64,000 bases of DNA from an uncultured Acidobacteriota bacterium. GTDB taxonomy: Bacteria > Acidobacteriota > Thermoanaerobaculia > Multivoradales > UBA5704. Of the stretch, positions 9,067 to 19,900 are shown one piece after another. The first letter of the stretch is position 1. Each line of letters starts with the position of its first letter. A model generated the notes under the pieces. The model did not search any database. It saw only the letters and a program-made list of their open reading frames with translations, and had not been told where the DNA came from. The DNA lies in NCBI GenBank assembly GCA_963770895.1, contig CAVYRF010000002.1, positions 3,588,555 through 3,652,554 of the forward strand. The letters are read 5' to 3'. The position numbers and the translations under genes were made by a program.

Positions 9067-10959
9067 TCACGGCGGTCCCTGCAGATCAGTCGCGGCTGCC
9101 GCCTGTCGCGACACTCCCGGCGGGGCGGTCGGGGCTGTCGCCTGTCCCGACATTCCCGGCAGGTTATTTCTTTGCAGCAGGGCGCAGCGGGCGGGGTTTT
9201 GGGGGTCCAAGGCGTCGATGCGATGGAAATTGGCCTGCAGGTAGGTCCAGGTCTGGGGGTGGGTGTTGGCGAAGGTCAGCTCTTCCTGGCGGTCGACGGT
9301 GGCGTCCGTCAGGATGACCCAGGCGACGTCGTGGCGGCGCAGCTCGTCGACCATGCGGCGGTCGAGCGGTCCGGCGGCCGGCCAGAGGGGGTAGATGTCG
9401 TAGACCGGCGACGTGCGCCCCAGGAACGGATACAAGCCGGGCAAGTTGGGAGCCATCAGGACGGGGGCGCCGGGAGGGATGCGGGCGGCGGCGCTCCGTG
9501 CCCAGGCCAGCAGGCCGGCGGTGGGCGGCCGCAGGTAGAGCGTTTCGCCGGCGACCTGGGCGGCGACCGAAGGTCTGCCGCTCAGAACGCGAAAGAACGG
9601 CTGGGCCGGCACCGCGGTGGCAGTGGTGATCCCGCAGAGCGCCAGGGCGACCGAGGCCGCGGCCAGCCATCTCGTCCCGCGGGCGGCCGGGCCAGGCGCC
9701 GAATCGCCGCAACCTGCGGGGTCGGGCGCAGTGGCGCTACTGCTGGCGGCGTCTGGCGCCCTGGGCGTGCGGCGCCGGTTCAGGATCGCCGCGGCGGCGC
9801 CGCCGGCGGCGCGCGGCAGGGCGACCAGACCCAGGAGCAGGGGCGGGATGCTGGGCGCCAGGTGGGCCAGGTCGGCGCGCGAAAATGCGTGGTGGGTGTA
9901 GACGCTGCCGACGACGACGGCGGCGGCGAACAGCGCGTGCCGCCGCAGGCGCGGGCCGGGCAGGCAGAGCACGGCGATGGCGCCGCCGATGAAGAAAGCC
10001 GCCATCAGCAGGAAGCAGAAGCTGATGCTGAAGGTCTGGGCGGCCGCCCACGGCGTCAGGCCGGAGTACTGGAAGCGCCAGGGCCAGGGTACCGGCAGCG
10101 GAAAGTTGGTACGCCCTTCGTGCACGAAAAAGAGGATGGAGTCCAGGTAGCTGCGCCAAAAGCCGGGCACCAGAGCCAGCATGGCAAGCAGCGGCGCCGC
10201 ACCCAGGAGGATGCCCGCCGTCCAGGCTCCCAACCGCCCCGCCAGCCGGCGCAAACCGCGCCCGCCATCGCGCAGGTGGAGGAGCAGGATGAGCGCGAAA
10301 AAGGCGACCCCCAGGTAGAGGCCGTGGTTTTTCCCCATGAAGACGCCGAAACCGACCAGGGCGCCGGCGATGCAGTGCCGCCGGGCGGTCGGGCGCTCGA
10401 TCAGGGCGACGGCGGCCAGCACCGCCGCCATGGTGATCGCCGGCTCGAACAGCTTGTTGCGCGGCAGCAGCCAGAGCGTCAGCACGATGCCGACCGCGGC
10501 CAGGCCCAGGCGGCTGGCGACGGCGCGGCGCGCCGCGAGCAGGCCGCAGAACAGGCCGAGCGCGGCAAAGACAGCCGTGCTGATGCGCAGCCCCAGCAAC
10601 CCCTCCCCGACCAGCGGCGTCCACGCCGCCGCCCAGCCGTAGCGGCCGGGGTCGTAGGAATAGAAATCCCGCAGCGGCACGGCGCCGTGCGCGACGGCCA
10701 CCGCGCCATACCAAAGGAATCCCTCTTCGTTGAACGTGAAGTCAATCCGCAGCTGCGCCAGCAGCAGGCCCGCCACCAGCATCACGGCCAGCAGCGCCGG
10801 CAGCAGGACGCCGAAGTGGGCCTCAGCCGGCGGCGGAGGCGCCAGCGCTTCGCCTATGGGCGTCGCCGGCGGCAAGCCGCGTGTGGAGGCAGATGGGCCA
10901 GCGGGGGTCAGGGAATCGGAAGCCGGCACCATATGAAAGCCGAGAAGGGGCGGAGACAA
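9067..10959 (-). CDS. GT-C-fold integral membrane glycosyltransferase (PMT/ArnT-like) with a C-terminal periplasmic domain
   Basis: About 11 TM helices, then a soluble C-terminal domain of about 200 aa. Large aromatic-rich first loop. Divergently oriented to the giant secreted proteins. TTG start at 10959 or ATG at 10932. Confidence 0.55.
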   Translation of the reverse strand: MSPPLLGFHMVPASDSLTPAGPSASTRGLPPATPIGEALAPPPPAEAHFGVLLPALLAVMLVAGLLLAQLRIDFTFNEEGFLWYGAVAVAHGAVPLRDFYSYDPGRYGWAAAWTPLVGEGLLGLRISTAVFAALGLFCGLLAARRAVASRLGLAAVGIVLTLWLLPRNKLFEPAITMAAVLAAVALIERPTARRHCIAGALVGFGVFMGKNHGLYLGVAFFALILLLHLRDGGRGLRRLAGRLGAWTAGILLGAAPLLAMLALVPGFWRSYLDSILFFVHEGRTNFPLPVPWPWRFQYSGLTPWAAAQTFSISFCFLLMAAFFIGGAIAVLCLPGPRLRRHALFAAAVVVGSVYTHHAFSRADLAHLAPSIPPLLLGLVALPRAAGGAAAAILNRRRTPRAPDAASSSATAPDPAGCGDSAPGPAARGTRWLAAASVALALCGITTATAVPAQPFFRVLSGRPSVAAQVAGETLYLRPPTAGLLAWARSAAARIPPGAPVLMAPNLPGLYPFLGRTSPVYDIYPLWPAAGPLDRRMVDELRRHDVAWVILTDATVDRQEELTFANTHPQTWTYLQANFHRIDALDPQNPARCALLQRNNLPGMSGQATAPTAPPGVSRQAAAATDLQGPP

Positions 10960-11171
10960 GTGAGTCTAGCATCGCGGCTACCGCGCCGGCGGGGACACGA
11001 TAGCTGTGTTGCGCCGTGCAATTCGCAACAGCGCAATCCTGCATTCGCCATTCAGCGGTTGTTGCCGCGTAGTCCCGAAGCCATCATGTACGCGCAGGCG
11101 GAACGCGCCGACTTGGCTCCCATACCGCGGCGGGCCTGCTGGCCTTGACGAGCACATGCCAAATCAGTGTG

Positions 11172-11201
11172 TTGACGCAGGTGAATGGATACCGGTAGGC
11201 T
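11172..11201 (+). promoter_or_regulatory. Candidate sigma70-like promoter for the giant surface-protein gene
   Basis: TTGACG (11172-11177), 18-nt spacer, TAGGCT (11196-11201), about 135 nt upstream of the ATG at 11335. Lies in a divergent intergenic region that also holds the inverted repeat TTGCGCC...GCGCAA. Confidence 0.25.
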
Positions 11202-11334
11202 GTATTCCGCTTCAGAGCTGCAGACGCCGGAATTAGCAAACGCGCGGGCGTGGCGCTCGACCGCTGTCGGGAATGTACTCAGCGGCCGGCGCCCTCATCG
11301 TCCGAGGTTCCTTGCTGACCTGCCGGAGGTGATA

Positions 11335-14300
11335 ATGCGGCACGTGGTTCGAGCGCCTGTGCGGTTCCGTCTCGATGCATCGGGCGCAGTCCGAGCCGGC
11401 ATACGGTTCGTTGTCGCAGCATGCTCCCTGGCAGCTCTGGCCACCACCACGCTGGCCGCACAGACGGTGACGCTTCAGGCGAGCGCCGACACCACTCTCA
11501 AGCAGGGCAGTCCCAACAAGAGCTTTGGCGGTGAGGCGAGCCTGACCATCAAGGAAGGCGGCAGCCGCGTTCTCCTCCAGTTCGACGGCGGCGCCATCGC
11601 TGCGGCGGTGGCCGGCGGTAGCCTGGCCTCGGCAGAACTTCAAGTCTACATGGGCGCCAATGCGGGGAATTGGGGCGCCACAGGCCGCACCGTGGACATC
11701 TATCAGCTCACAACCGCGTGGACGGAGGGCGGAGCGACCTGGAACTGCGCCGCCGATCCGAACCCTGGGCATACCGGTGCCGGCTGCACGAGTCCCTGGT
11801 CCGGCGGCACTCCCGCACAGGGCGGCAATGGCGCGAGCGGAGACGGCGAGGCGACCGACACGGCGCTCATCACGAACGGCACCAGCGGCTGGGTGACGTT
11901 CGACGTGACCTCGGATGTCGCGGCGTTTCTCACCGGCACGCCGAACAACGGATGGCTCCTCCAGAAGACGGACGAGGGCCAGGCGGGCAGGATCGATCTG
12001 GTCTCGCGGGAGGGAACGGCGGGCCTCGGCCCGAGGCTGATCCTGGTCAGCCAAAGCGCCACCTTCGACACGGTGCCGCCGTCACTCGCCATCGTGTCGC
12101 CGTCACAGCCGGTCTTGGTGAACGTGCCCGCACCGGCGGTTGGCCTCACCTATCAAGACCCCGGCTCGGGCGTCGACACCTCGACACTTCGAGTCGCAAT
12201 CGACGGTCAGGATTTCAGCTCGGGATGCAGCATCGGAGCGCAGGCGGCGAGTTGTCAGGCGCCTGTGCTGGCCGCCGGCGCTCACACCATCACGGCGAGC
12301 GTGAGCGATCGCGCAGGCAACGTCGCTACGGCCACGACGAACTTCCAGCTGCTCCTCGGTCCCGGCATCTCTACTCTCACTGTCCCGGTGAGCGCCGACA
12401 CCTTCGTCACCGCCATGAGCCCCGACCATGAGCACGGGCGCGCCGCCGTGCTGCGGGTCGAAAAGAGCGGCCCGAGCCGGGCACTGGTCGCGTTCGACCC
12501 CGGAAGCCTCGCGGCCGCTGTGGCCGGCAACCAGGTGCTGGCGGCTCAGCTTCAGCTCGGAGTCGCCGCGAATGCCAAGAATTGGGGAGCGGCCGGGCGC
12601 ACCATCGGCGCCTACCGGCTGACCACGGCATGGTCCGAGGCGGCGGCGACCTGGGACTGCCCTGCCGATACCAACTTGGACAATGCCACACCCGACTGCG
12701 CGGCACCGTGGAACGGCGGCTCGTTCGTGGCCACGCCGACTGCAACGGCGCTGATCACGCGGCAGACCATAGGGAGCGTGAGCTTCGATGTGACCGCCGA
12801 CGTGACCGCCTTCCTCGCCGGCACCGCGAACGACGGTTGGCTGATCGCGAAGACCGACGAAGCGCTGGCCGGGCGGATCGATTTCGCCTCGCGCGAGGCG
12901 AGCTCAGGCCAGGCGGCGCAGCTCATCGTTCAGGTCCAGGTCCCGGCGCCGCTGCCAACGGTAGCGATCACCTCGCCGCCCGACGGCTCCTACGCGCGTA
13001 CTGCGATCGTCCAGGTCACCGGGCAGGCGGGTGGGTCCGCGACCAGCGTGTCGGTGAACGGTCAGGCGGCGACGCTCGGTCAGGGCGGCGCCTTTACCAC
13101 GCAAGTCACCTTGATCCCAGGTGCCAACTCGATCGTCGCCGTCGCCTCCGACGCCGCCGGCAACCAGGCGGCGGCCACGGTCAGCGTCATTCTCGACACC
13201 ACGCCCCCGACCGTGACGCTGACCTCGCCGCTGCCCGGAGCAATCACGAACCAGCCGCAGGTCGTGGTCTCCGGCACTGCGCTCGACGACAACGGCGTCG
13301 CCTCCCTCATGGTTGCCGGCCAGGCGGTTGCGCTCTCGGGCAGTCAGTTCTCGACCACGGTCCACCTGGCTGCGGGATCGAACCCGATCATGGTCACCGC
13401 CACCGACTTGGCGGGCAACACAGAGACCGTTTCGGTCACCGTGACGCAGTTCAGCGTGCCGGTGGTCTCGATCTCGGCGCCGGCCGACCTGAGCTATGTG
13501 AACGCCACCACGGTCACTGTGAGCGGCACCGCCACCGGCGCCACGAGCCTCAGTGTGAACGGCGTGGCGGCGGTGCTCTCGGCCTCTGGCTTTACCGCCG
13601 CCGGCGTGCCCCTCATCGAAGGCGGTAATACGCTCACCGCCACGGCTACCGACGGTCAAGGCCACGTGGGGATCGCGAGCATCAACGTGGTGCGCGACCT
13701 GACGCCGCCGCACGTCGCGATCTATACCCCGGCCGCCGGTGCCACGATCACCGGCTCGTCGGTCACCGTCTCCGGCCTGGTGAACGACATCGTGGCCGGC
13801 ACCGTCAACACCAGCAACGCGACGGTGACCGTGAACGGCATTCCAGCGACGGTCGCCAACCGCTCCTTTATAGTCCCCACTGTGCCGCTGCAACCGGGCA
13901 ACAATATCCTGACGGCCGTGGCGGTCGATGCCGCCGGCAACCAGGCACAGGCAACGGTCACAGTGCGCCAGATGACCCCGGCCGGTGCGCGCATCGCGGT
14001 GGCGGCCGGCAACAGCCAGAGCGCGCCGATCGTGACATCGTTGCCGCAGCCCCTGGTGGCCGTGTTGCTCGACCCTTCCGGTCAGCCGGTCGTGGGGCAG
14101 CAGGTGCTCTTTCAGGCCATTGGCACCGACGGCACCTTCGACAACGGGCGGCGCACCTATGCCGTGACGAGCGATGTTTCGGGCCAGACCACGGTGCACT
14201 TTACGGTAGGGAGCCACGCCGGCGCGGGCAACCAGATGGTGAAGGCAACGGCACCCGGCTTCAGCGGGCCGGCGCAGTTCGTGGCCAGTGCGCAGCCAGG

Positions 14301-15978
14301 AAGCCCGACGCTCCTCGTGGTCGATTCGGGTGACCAGCAGCAGGGCGTCGCCGGCCAGGCCCTGCCGCTCCCCCTCGTGGCGGTCGTGGTCGATGCCGGC
14401 GGCAACCGTCTGGCCGGCGTCGCGGCGACGCTCAAGGTGGTGAAGGGGGCCGGCACCTTCACAAACGGTCAGCCAACGGTCTCCTTGACCTCCGACACCG
14501 ACGGGCGGCTCATCGCCTCGTTCATCACCGATCCCGCGGAGGGAGTGGCCAACAACGTGGTGGAAGCGACGATCGACGTCCTGCCCACGGGGCCGGTGGT
14601 GAGCTTCACGGCCTCAGCGCTCGCAGCCTACGACCCGGCGCTCACCGCGATCAGCGGCGTCGTGCTCGACAACAGCAACCAGCCGGTGCCGGGAGCCACC
14701 CTCCGCATCCTCGGCACGGCGCTCACTACCGAGAGCGACCCGCAGGGCCTCTTCCAGCTCGCAGCAGTACCCGCCGGCACGCTCCAGCTTGTCGTGGACG
14801 GCAGCACCGTCCAGCGTCCCGGCTCCTGGCCACAGCTGGAGTTCAACCTGACGCCGGTGCCCGGCCGTAACAACACCCTGCGCATGCCCGTCTACCTGCT
14901 ACCGCTGAACCTCGAAAATGGCATCGTCGTGGATGAGACGCACGGCGGCACGCTGACGCTGCCCCAGCTGCCGGGCTTCGCCCTCACCATCAAGCCGGGA
15001 TCGGTCACCTTCCCCGGCGGTGGAAGGAGCGGGACTGTGAGCGTGACCGTGGTGCACAGCGACAAGGTGCCGATGGTGCCGAACTTCGGCCAGCAGCCCC
15101 GCCTGATCGTCACCATCCAACCGGCAGGAGCGCAATTCAATCCGCCCGCGAACCTCAGCATGCCGAACGTCGAGGGTTTCCCCGCCGGCAAGGTCGCGGA
15201 GCTCTACTCCTTCGACCATGACCTCGGCCACTTCGTGAGCATCGGCCCCGGCACCGTGAGCGACGACGGCACCGTCATCACCTCGAACGCGGGGGTGGGC
15301 ATCGTCAAAGCTGGCTGGCACTGCTGTGGCTTCCCCCAGGGAAGCGGGGCTCCGAATGCCTGTCCTGAGTGCGCGCCGTGCACCGGCGCCCAGTGCACGC
15401 CGCAGCTTTGCAAGGCTTGTGCTGCGCCTGGGCTGTACTGCGACTCCGCCGCAACCTGCGTACCCGGTCTCCAGCTAATCCCCAGCCTTTGCGATGGTCT
15501 CAAGGTTGAGGAAAAAGGCCTTGTGCAGGGACCATGCAGCCTGGTTCCGGAACTAAAAGGGCTTCCAGATATTTGTGGCGCTGCCGCGGCCATCGACTAT
15601 CCGAACGTCGTTATTACCAAGCCTTCAGCCTGCGCGAGTGTAGATCTATCCGGCGGCGAGTGGCGCGAGGTCATGACTTCGGATAACGGATGCCATCAAT
15701 CTGGCGGGGTGAGAGATGGAAGCTGCATCATTTCCAGCCCAGGGAACCGCTTAGGTCCCGCAGGGAAAGTTTGTCGGGACTACCTGTATTCCTGTGACTA
15801 TCTCTCCGAATTGACCACCTGTAGAGAGACAAGACTACAGCGAATTTATGTCGGCTCGTGCCACGTTGCCACAAAGAGACTGGTCTTTGATATTACTGTC
15901 GCTGCCGATGGCGCTAGTTGTGGCGGATTGGTGACGAGGACGGACGTTCCGCCCGGAGATCCAGATTATGGCAACTGA
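11335..15978 (+). CDS. Giant secreted cell-surface protein (1547 aa): two tandem ~190-aa beta-sandwich modules, multiple Ig-like domains, a carboxypeptidase-regulatory-like domain, and a Cys-rich C-terminal module
   Basis: The ATG at 11335 has a GGAGGTG RBS 6 nt upstream and a signal peptide ('FVVAACSLAALATTTLAAQ'). The module 'ADTTLKQGSPNKSFG...LLQFD...TAWTEGGATWNC...GWLLQKTDE' occurs twice. T/V/A-rich Ig-like repeats ('PPTVTLTSP', 'PPHVAIYTP') follow. 'VVLDNSNQPVPGATLRILGT' is CarbopepD_reg-like. The last ~230 aa hold about 26 Cys and are lower in GC. Confidence 0.75.
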   Translation: MRHVVRAPVRFRLDASGAVRAGIRFVVAACSLAALATTTLAAQTVTLQASADTTLKQGSPNKSFGGEASLTIKEGGSRVLLQFDGGAIAAAVAGGSLASAELQVYMGANAGNWGATGRTVDIYQLTTAWTEGGATWNCAADPNPGHTGAGCTSPWSGGTPAQGGNGASGDGEATDTALITNGTSGWVTFDVTSDVAAFLTGTPNNGWLLQKTDEGQAGRIDLVSREGTAGLGPRLILVSQSATFDTVPPSLAIVSPSQPVLVNVPAPAVGLTYQDPGSGVDTSTLRVAIDGQDFSSGCSIGAQAASCQAPVLAAGAHTITASVSDRAGNVATATTNFQLLLGPGISTLTVPVSADTFVTAMSPDHEHGRAAVLRVEKSGPSRALVAFDPGSLAAAVAGNQVLAAQLQLGVAANAKNWGAAGRTIGAYRLTTAWSEAAATWDCPADTNLDNATPDCAAPWNGGSFVATPTATALITRQTIGSVSFDVTADVTAFLAGTANDGWLIAKTDEALAGRIDFASREASSGQAAQLIVQVQVPAPLPTVAITSPPDGSYARTAIVQVTGQAGGSATSVSVNGQAATLGQGGAFTTQVTLIPGANSIVAVASDAAGNQAAATVSVILDTTPPTVTLTSPLPGAITNQPQVVVSGTALDDNGVASLMVAGQAVALSGSQFSTTVHLAAGSNPIMVTATDLAGNTETVSVTVTQFSVPVVSISAPADLSYVNATTVTVSGTATGATSLSVNGVAAVLSASGFTAAGVPLIEGGNTLTATATDGQGHVGIASINVVRDLTPPHVAIYTPAAGATITGSSVTVSGLVNDIVAGTVNTSNATVTVNGIPATVANRSFIVPTVPLQPGNNILTAVAVDAAGNQAQATVTVRQMTPAGARIAVAAGNSQSAPIVTSLPQPLVAVLLDPSGQPVVGQQVLFQAIGTDGTFDNGRRTYAVTSDVSGQTTVHFTVGSHAGAGNQMVKATAPGFSGPAQFVASAQPGSPTLLVVDSGDQQQGVAGQALPLPLVAVVVDAGGNRLAGVAATLKVVKGAGTFTNGQPTVSLTSDTDGRLIASFITDPAEGVANNVVEATIDVLPTGPVVSFTASALAAYDPALTAISGVVLDNSNQPVPGATLRILGTALTTESDPQGLFQLAAVPAGTLQLVVDGSTVQRPGSWPQLEFNLTPVPGRNNTLRMPVYLLPLNLENGIVVDETHGGTLTLPQLPGFALTIKPGSVTFPGGGRSGTVSVTVVHSDKVPMVPNFGQQPRLIVTIQPAGAQFNPPANLSMPNVEGFPAGKVAELYSFDHDLGHFVSIGPGTVSDDGTVITSNAGVGIVKAGWHCCGFPQGSGAPNACPECAPCTGAQCTPQLCKACAAPGLYCDSAATCVPGLQLIPSLCDGLKVEEKGLVQGPCSLVPELKGLPDICGAAAAIDYPNVVITKPSACASVDLSGGEWREVMTSDNGCHQSGGVRDGSCIISSPGNRLGPAGKVCRDYLYSCDYLSELTTCRETRLQRIYVGSCHVATKRLVFDITVAADGASCGGLVTRTDVPPGDPDYGN

Positions 15979-16903
15979 AGGTCGTGTGATCGCGCGCTCA
16001 GTCCGGCGTGTCCTTTCCTTGCCACTCTGGCTGGCCTTCCACCTCGCCTGGATCACTGCCGCGAGCGCCCAGCCATCCGGCTGCTCATGGAGCGGTCCTT
16101 CCGTCGAGTCGTTTCTGGCTCAACATCCGCCGATAACTGCAAAGGAGGGGACGCTGGTTGCGGTCGTGGCGGCTTTTCAACGCGCGGGACTCCCCGTGTG
16201 CCTTGTCGCGAAGCGAGGAAACCAGCAGGTGAGGCTCGCGTCTGAGCCTACCCTGGAAGAGGTGCTGAAGGGGCTCGTGAGTCAGGCGCCAGGTTACCAG
16301 TTCCGTAGCGTAGACGGCAGGCTCGTGATCTATCCACAGGGGCAGGCCTTTGATACGCCCGTGGACCTGGGCCCTCTTCAGCGCATGACTCGCGCAGCTG
16401 CATACATGACCGTGCTCCACCGGCTGTCGCTTAAGGTGAAGGACCTTGCGGAGCTACGCAGTGGGATCAGCAACGAGGGCGCGGGGTGGGGTAAGCTCTC
16501 CTATTCCGACACGATCGAGGTCGGCGGGTCACGCACCGTCATTGAACATTTGATGTCTTTGGTCCAGAAGCGCCCTGCTCTTGCGTTCGACGTAACCATA
16601 GATGGCATGCGGCTTCGGTATGAGTTTGTCGATACCCCGCTTTTGACAAGGCTGGAGCTGCATTTGCCGCCTACCGTCAAGGTGGGGGAGACCTTCCCTG
16701 TAGAGGTGATGGCGAAGCTGGTCGATGGAGCGACAGCGCCCCTTTCAGGACCGGAATGTTGGGTGGGCTATGCGACAAGTAATCCCGAGGGCCTGGAGAT
16801 CGATGATGCTGGAATCGTTACGGCACGCCGCAAGGGTACTTTCAAAATCTACGTCAACTACCAGCACGTTCCCGCCGTCTACGCCGACGTCACCGTCGAA
16901 TAG
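15968..16903 (+). CDS. Secreted hypothetical protein with a C-terminal Big_2-like Ig domain. Translationally coupled (11-nt overlap) to the giant protein gene.
   Basis: Its ATG sits inside 'ATGGCAACTGA', which ends the upstream ORF. N-terminal hydrophobic signal ('LSLPLWLAFHLAWITAASAQ'). Lower-GC codon usage matches the upstream Cys-rich module. The C-terminal 'GIVTARRKGTFKIYV' resembles a Big_2 fold. Confidence 0.55.
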   Translation: MATEGRVIARSVRRVLSLPLWLAFHLAWITAASAQPSGCSWSGPSVESFLAQHPPITAKEGTLVAVVAAFQRAGLPVCLVAKRGNQQVRLASEPTLEEVLKGLVSQAPGYQFRSVDGRLVIYPQGQAFDTPVDLGPLQRMTRAAAYMTVLHRLSLKVKDLAELRSGISNEGAGWGKLSYSDTIEVGGSRTVIEHLMSLVQKRPALAFDVTIDGMRLRYEFVDTPLLTRLELHLPPTVKVGETFPVEVMAKLVDGATAPLSGPECWVGYATSNPEGLEIDDAGIVTARRKGTFKIYVNYQHVPAVYADVTVE

Positions 16904-16923
16904 AGGCGTACCGTGAGCCTGCG

Positions 16924-19900
16924 ATGAACCTGGCTGCCGATCGTGCTCCGATGGCCTTGCTCGCGCCAAGGCATCGGCGCATATTCTTCCTGCCCTTGCT
17001 GCTTCATTTGCTCACGGCCGCGACATCCTTCGCCCAACTCGACCAGACCTGCACGGTGAGCGCCTTGAACCGGACGGCACAGGTGGATGGCAACGGGGTC
17101 TGGGTGCTTACAAACGTGCCGGCAGGAACTGGCCAGGTGCGAGTGCGCGCAGCGTGCATGGCAAACGGCACGACCCGGTATGGGCAGTCGGACCTCTTCA
17201 CGGTGCCGGTCAACGGCGCCATTCTGGTGAGCGATATTTCCTTTGCGAGCCAGGTACCGATTCCGTCGAGCCTGACGCTCACGGGACCGGGCTCGCCGCT
17301 GTCAGGTGCCGGCCAGCAGGCGCAGCTTTCGGCCATTGCGACCTACCCTGACGGCACGACGGGGGACCTCACGCCCAGCAGCACGGGCACCGGATATCTA
17401 TCGAGCAACCCGTCGGTGGCAAGTGTGGACGGGAACGGAGTGGTGACGGCCAACGCCAGCGGCACGGTGGTGATCAGCGCATTGAACGAGGGCGTGCTTG
17501 GCGTGGTGCAGGTACAGGTGGTGCTTTCCGGCAGCACGGTGGGCGACGGCATCCCGGACGATTGGAAGGTGGCGCACGGACTTGATCCCAACGATCCGTA
17601 CTGCGCGCTGGAAGATCCCGACAATGACGGGCTCACCAACCTGGAGGAGTACCAGTACGGCACCGATCCGAACAACCCCGATACGGATGGCGACGGGCTG
17701 TCGGACGGCGACGAGGTGCACCTCTACCACACGAACCCGCTCCTATGGGACACGGACGGGGACGGGATCTCGGATGGAGTCGAGGTGCGGACGGGGAGCG
17801 ATCCGCTCGACATCCACAGCTTCAACCTGGCGGCGGCGCTCTCTTCGGTCACGGTGTCTCCGGCCGCGTTCACTTTGGTCTTCAATACGGTGAGCGGCCA
17901 GGCGTCGCGACAGATCGTCGCCACAGGCAACGTCATCGACGGCCGCACCATCGATCTCTTCGATCCGCGCTACCAGACCCAGGTCGCATCGAGCAACCTC
18001 GCGGTCGCGAGCTTCGGAGTGCGACCGGGCCAGGTGTTCGCCGGGCAGAGCGGCACGGCGACGGTCACGGTGAGCAACAGCGGCTGGACGGCCGCATCCA
18101 CCGTGACGGTGACGACGTTCTCGCCCACGGCCCTGGCGTTCCTGCCGCTTCCTGGATTTCAGAATGCGGTGGAGGCGGCAGGCGACTTCGTGTTTGTGGC
18201 CTCCGGCGGCTTCGGGCTGTCAGTCGTGGATATGACCAACTTGCAAGCGCCGGTGCTCGTCGCTCAGACGCCCACCCCGGGCAGTGCGAACGATGTGCGG
18301 GTTTCTGGCACGGTGGCGTATGTGGCCGAGGATGTCGGTCTGCAACTGCTCGACGTGAGCGATCCGGCCCACCCGGCGCGGCTCGGCAGCCTGAGCCTCC
18401 CCGAGGGCGACCAGGTGCGTCTGGCGGTAGCCGGCAACCTGGTCTATCTCGCCGACATGAACTTCGGCCTCCACGTGGTGGATGTGACGAACCCCATGCA
18501 GCCGGTCGAGGTCGGCTCGCTCGCGCTCGGGGGCACGCCGCGGGCGGTCGGTCTCGGCGGAATCGGGCTCGGCGGGTTCGCTCTCGCCGGATCGTATGCC
18601 GTGGTTGCCTGCGGCGATGGGGGTGTGGCGGTGGTGGACGTGAGCGATCCGGCGGCGCCGTCCCTTGTGGGCGCCACGCCGGAGGATGCGCCGCGCGCCG
18701 GCAGCGTTACGGTGCGCGGCCACTACGCCTACGTGGCCGCCGGCGAGGAGGCGGTCTACGGCGGCTTGCACGTCGTGGAGCTTGCCGACCCGACGAATCC
18801 TGTGGAAGTGGGGGCGAGCGAGGACGACCTCGGGGTGACCCGGGCGGTGCTCCAAGACGGGTTTGCCCTGGGCGCGCAGTTCTTCCTGGCCGCGCAGGTG
18901 GCAATCTTCGATGTCAGCACCGTGCCTCCTGCCTATACGGCGGTGCTCGACCTCTCGACCTTGCCCGGCGGCGAGGGGGTCGTCGCGCCGCGTGCCAATG
19001 ACATCGCGGTGCGCAACGGCGCGGTCTTCTTGGCCGCCAACGGGTATGAGCTCGGCGAGTTCGCGAGCTACGCGACCTCTCAGGGGGGCCTCTACACGGG
19101 CCTCTTCGAGCTGCCGAACGACGGTGACACGACTCCGCCGACCGTGGCCCTCTCCGCACCGACGGCCGGGTCCGCGGTGATGGAGCGGCTGCCGGTCACC
19201 GTGACCGTCGCGGCGCAGGATGAGGTCTCAGTCACCTCGGTCGGCATCCTGGTCGACGGCGCCCTCGTCGAAACGCTCTACAAGCCGCCGTATCAGACCA
19301 CCATCCACGTGCCGTCCGGGCAGCCGACGATGACGCTCGGGGCGGTGGCGACGAACATCAGCGGCGTCCAGGCGACGACGACGGAGACGCTTACCGTCCA
19401 GCCGTACCCCTTGCCCGTCGCGACGCTTCTCGCGCCCGTGCCCGGCCAGATTCTGATCGACGGCACGCCGCTCACGATCGCGGTTGCGGCGAGCGACGCC
19501 GTGGCGGTGACGCGGGTCGAGGTCTATGTGAACGGCGCGCTCGTCGGCACGGCTTTCACGCCGCCGTACCTCTTTCAGGTCACGCTGCCGCGCGGCTCGG
19601 CGACGCTCGCGGTGACGGCGCTCGCATACAACGCGCTGGGGCCGGGCGCGATGTCGGCGCCGGTCGCTGTGCCGGTCCAGCCAGACGTGCCGCCCACGGT
19701 TGCGATCTTCTCGCCGGCCGACGGCGCGCAGGTGACCGAGGGAAGTGTGGTCTCGATCTTTGCAGGCGCGAGCGACCTGACCGGAATCGCAAGCGTGCTC
19801 TTCGATCTGAACGGCGTCGAGTTCCAGGGCACCGCCACCGCACCCTACGTTGCCCAGGTCGTGGCGCCGCCGGCGGGCCAGACCATGGTGCTCGATGTCG

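Noticed and set aside
17560-17830. Repetitive 'DPxDxDxDGxxD' DNA in the second giant gene, considered as a tandem DNA repeat feature
   Set aside because: These are protein-level TSP3 calcium-binding repeats with degenerate DNA identity. Reported as protein domains, not as a DNA repeat element.
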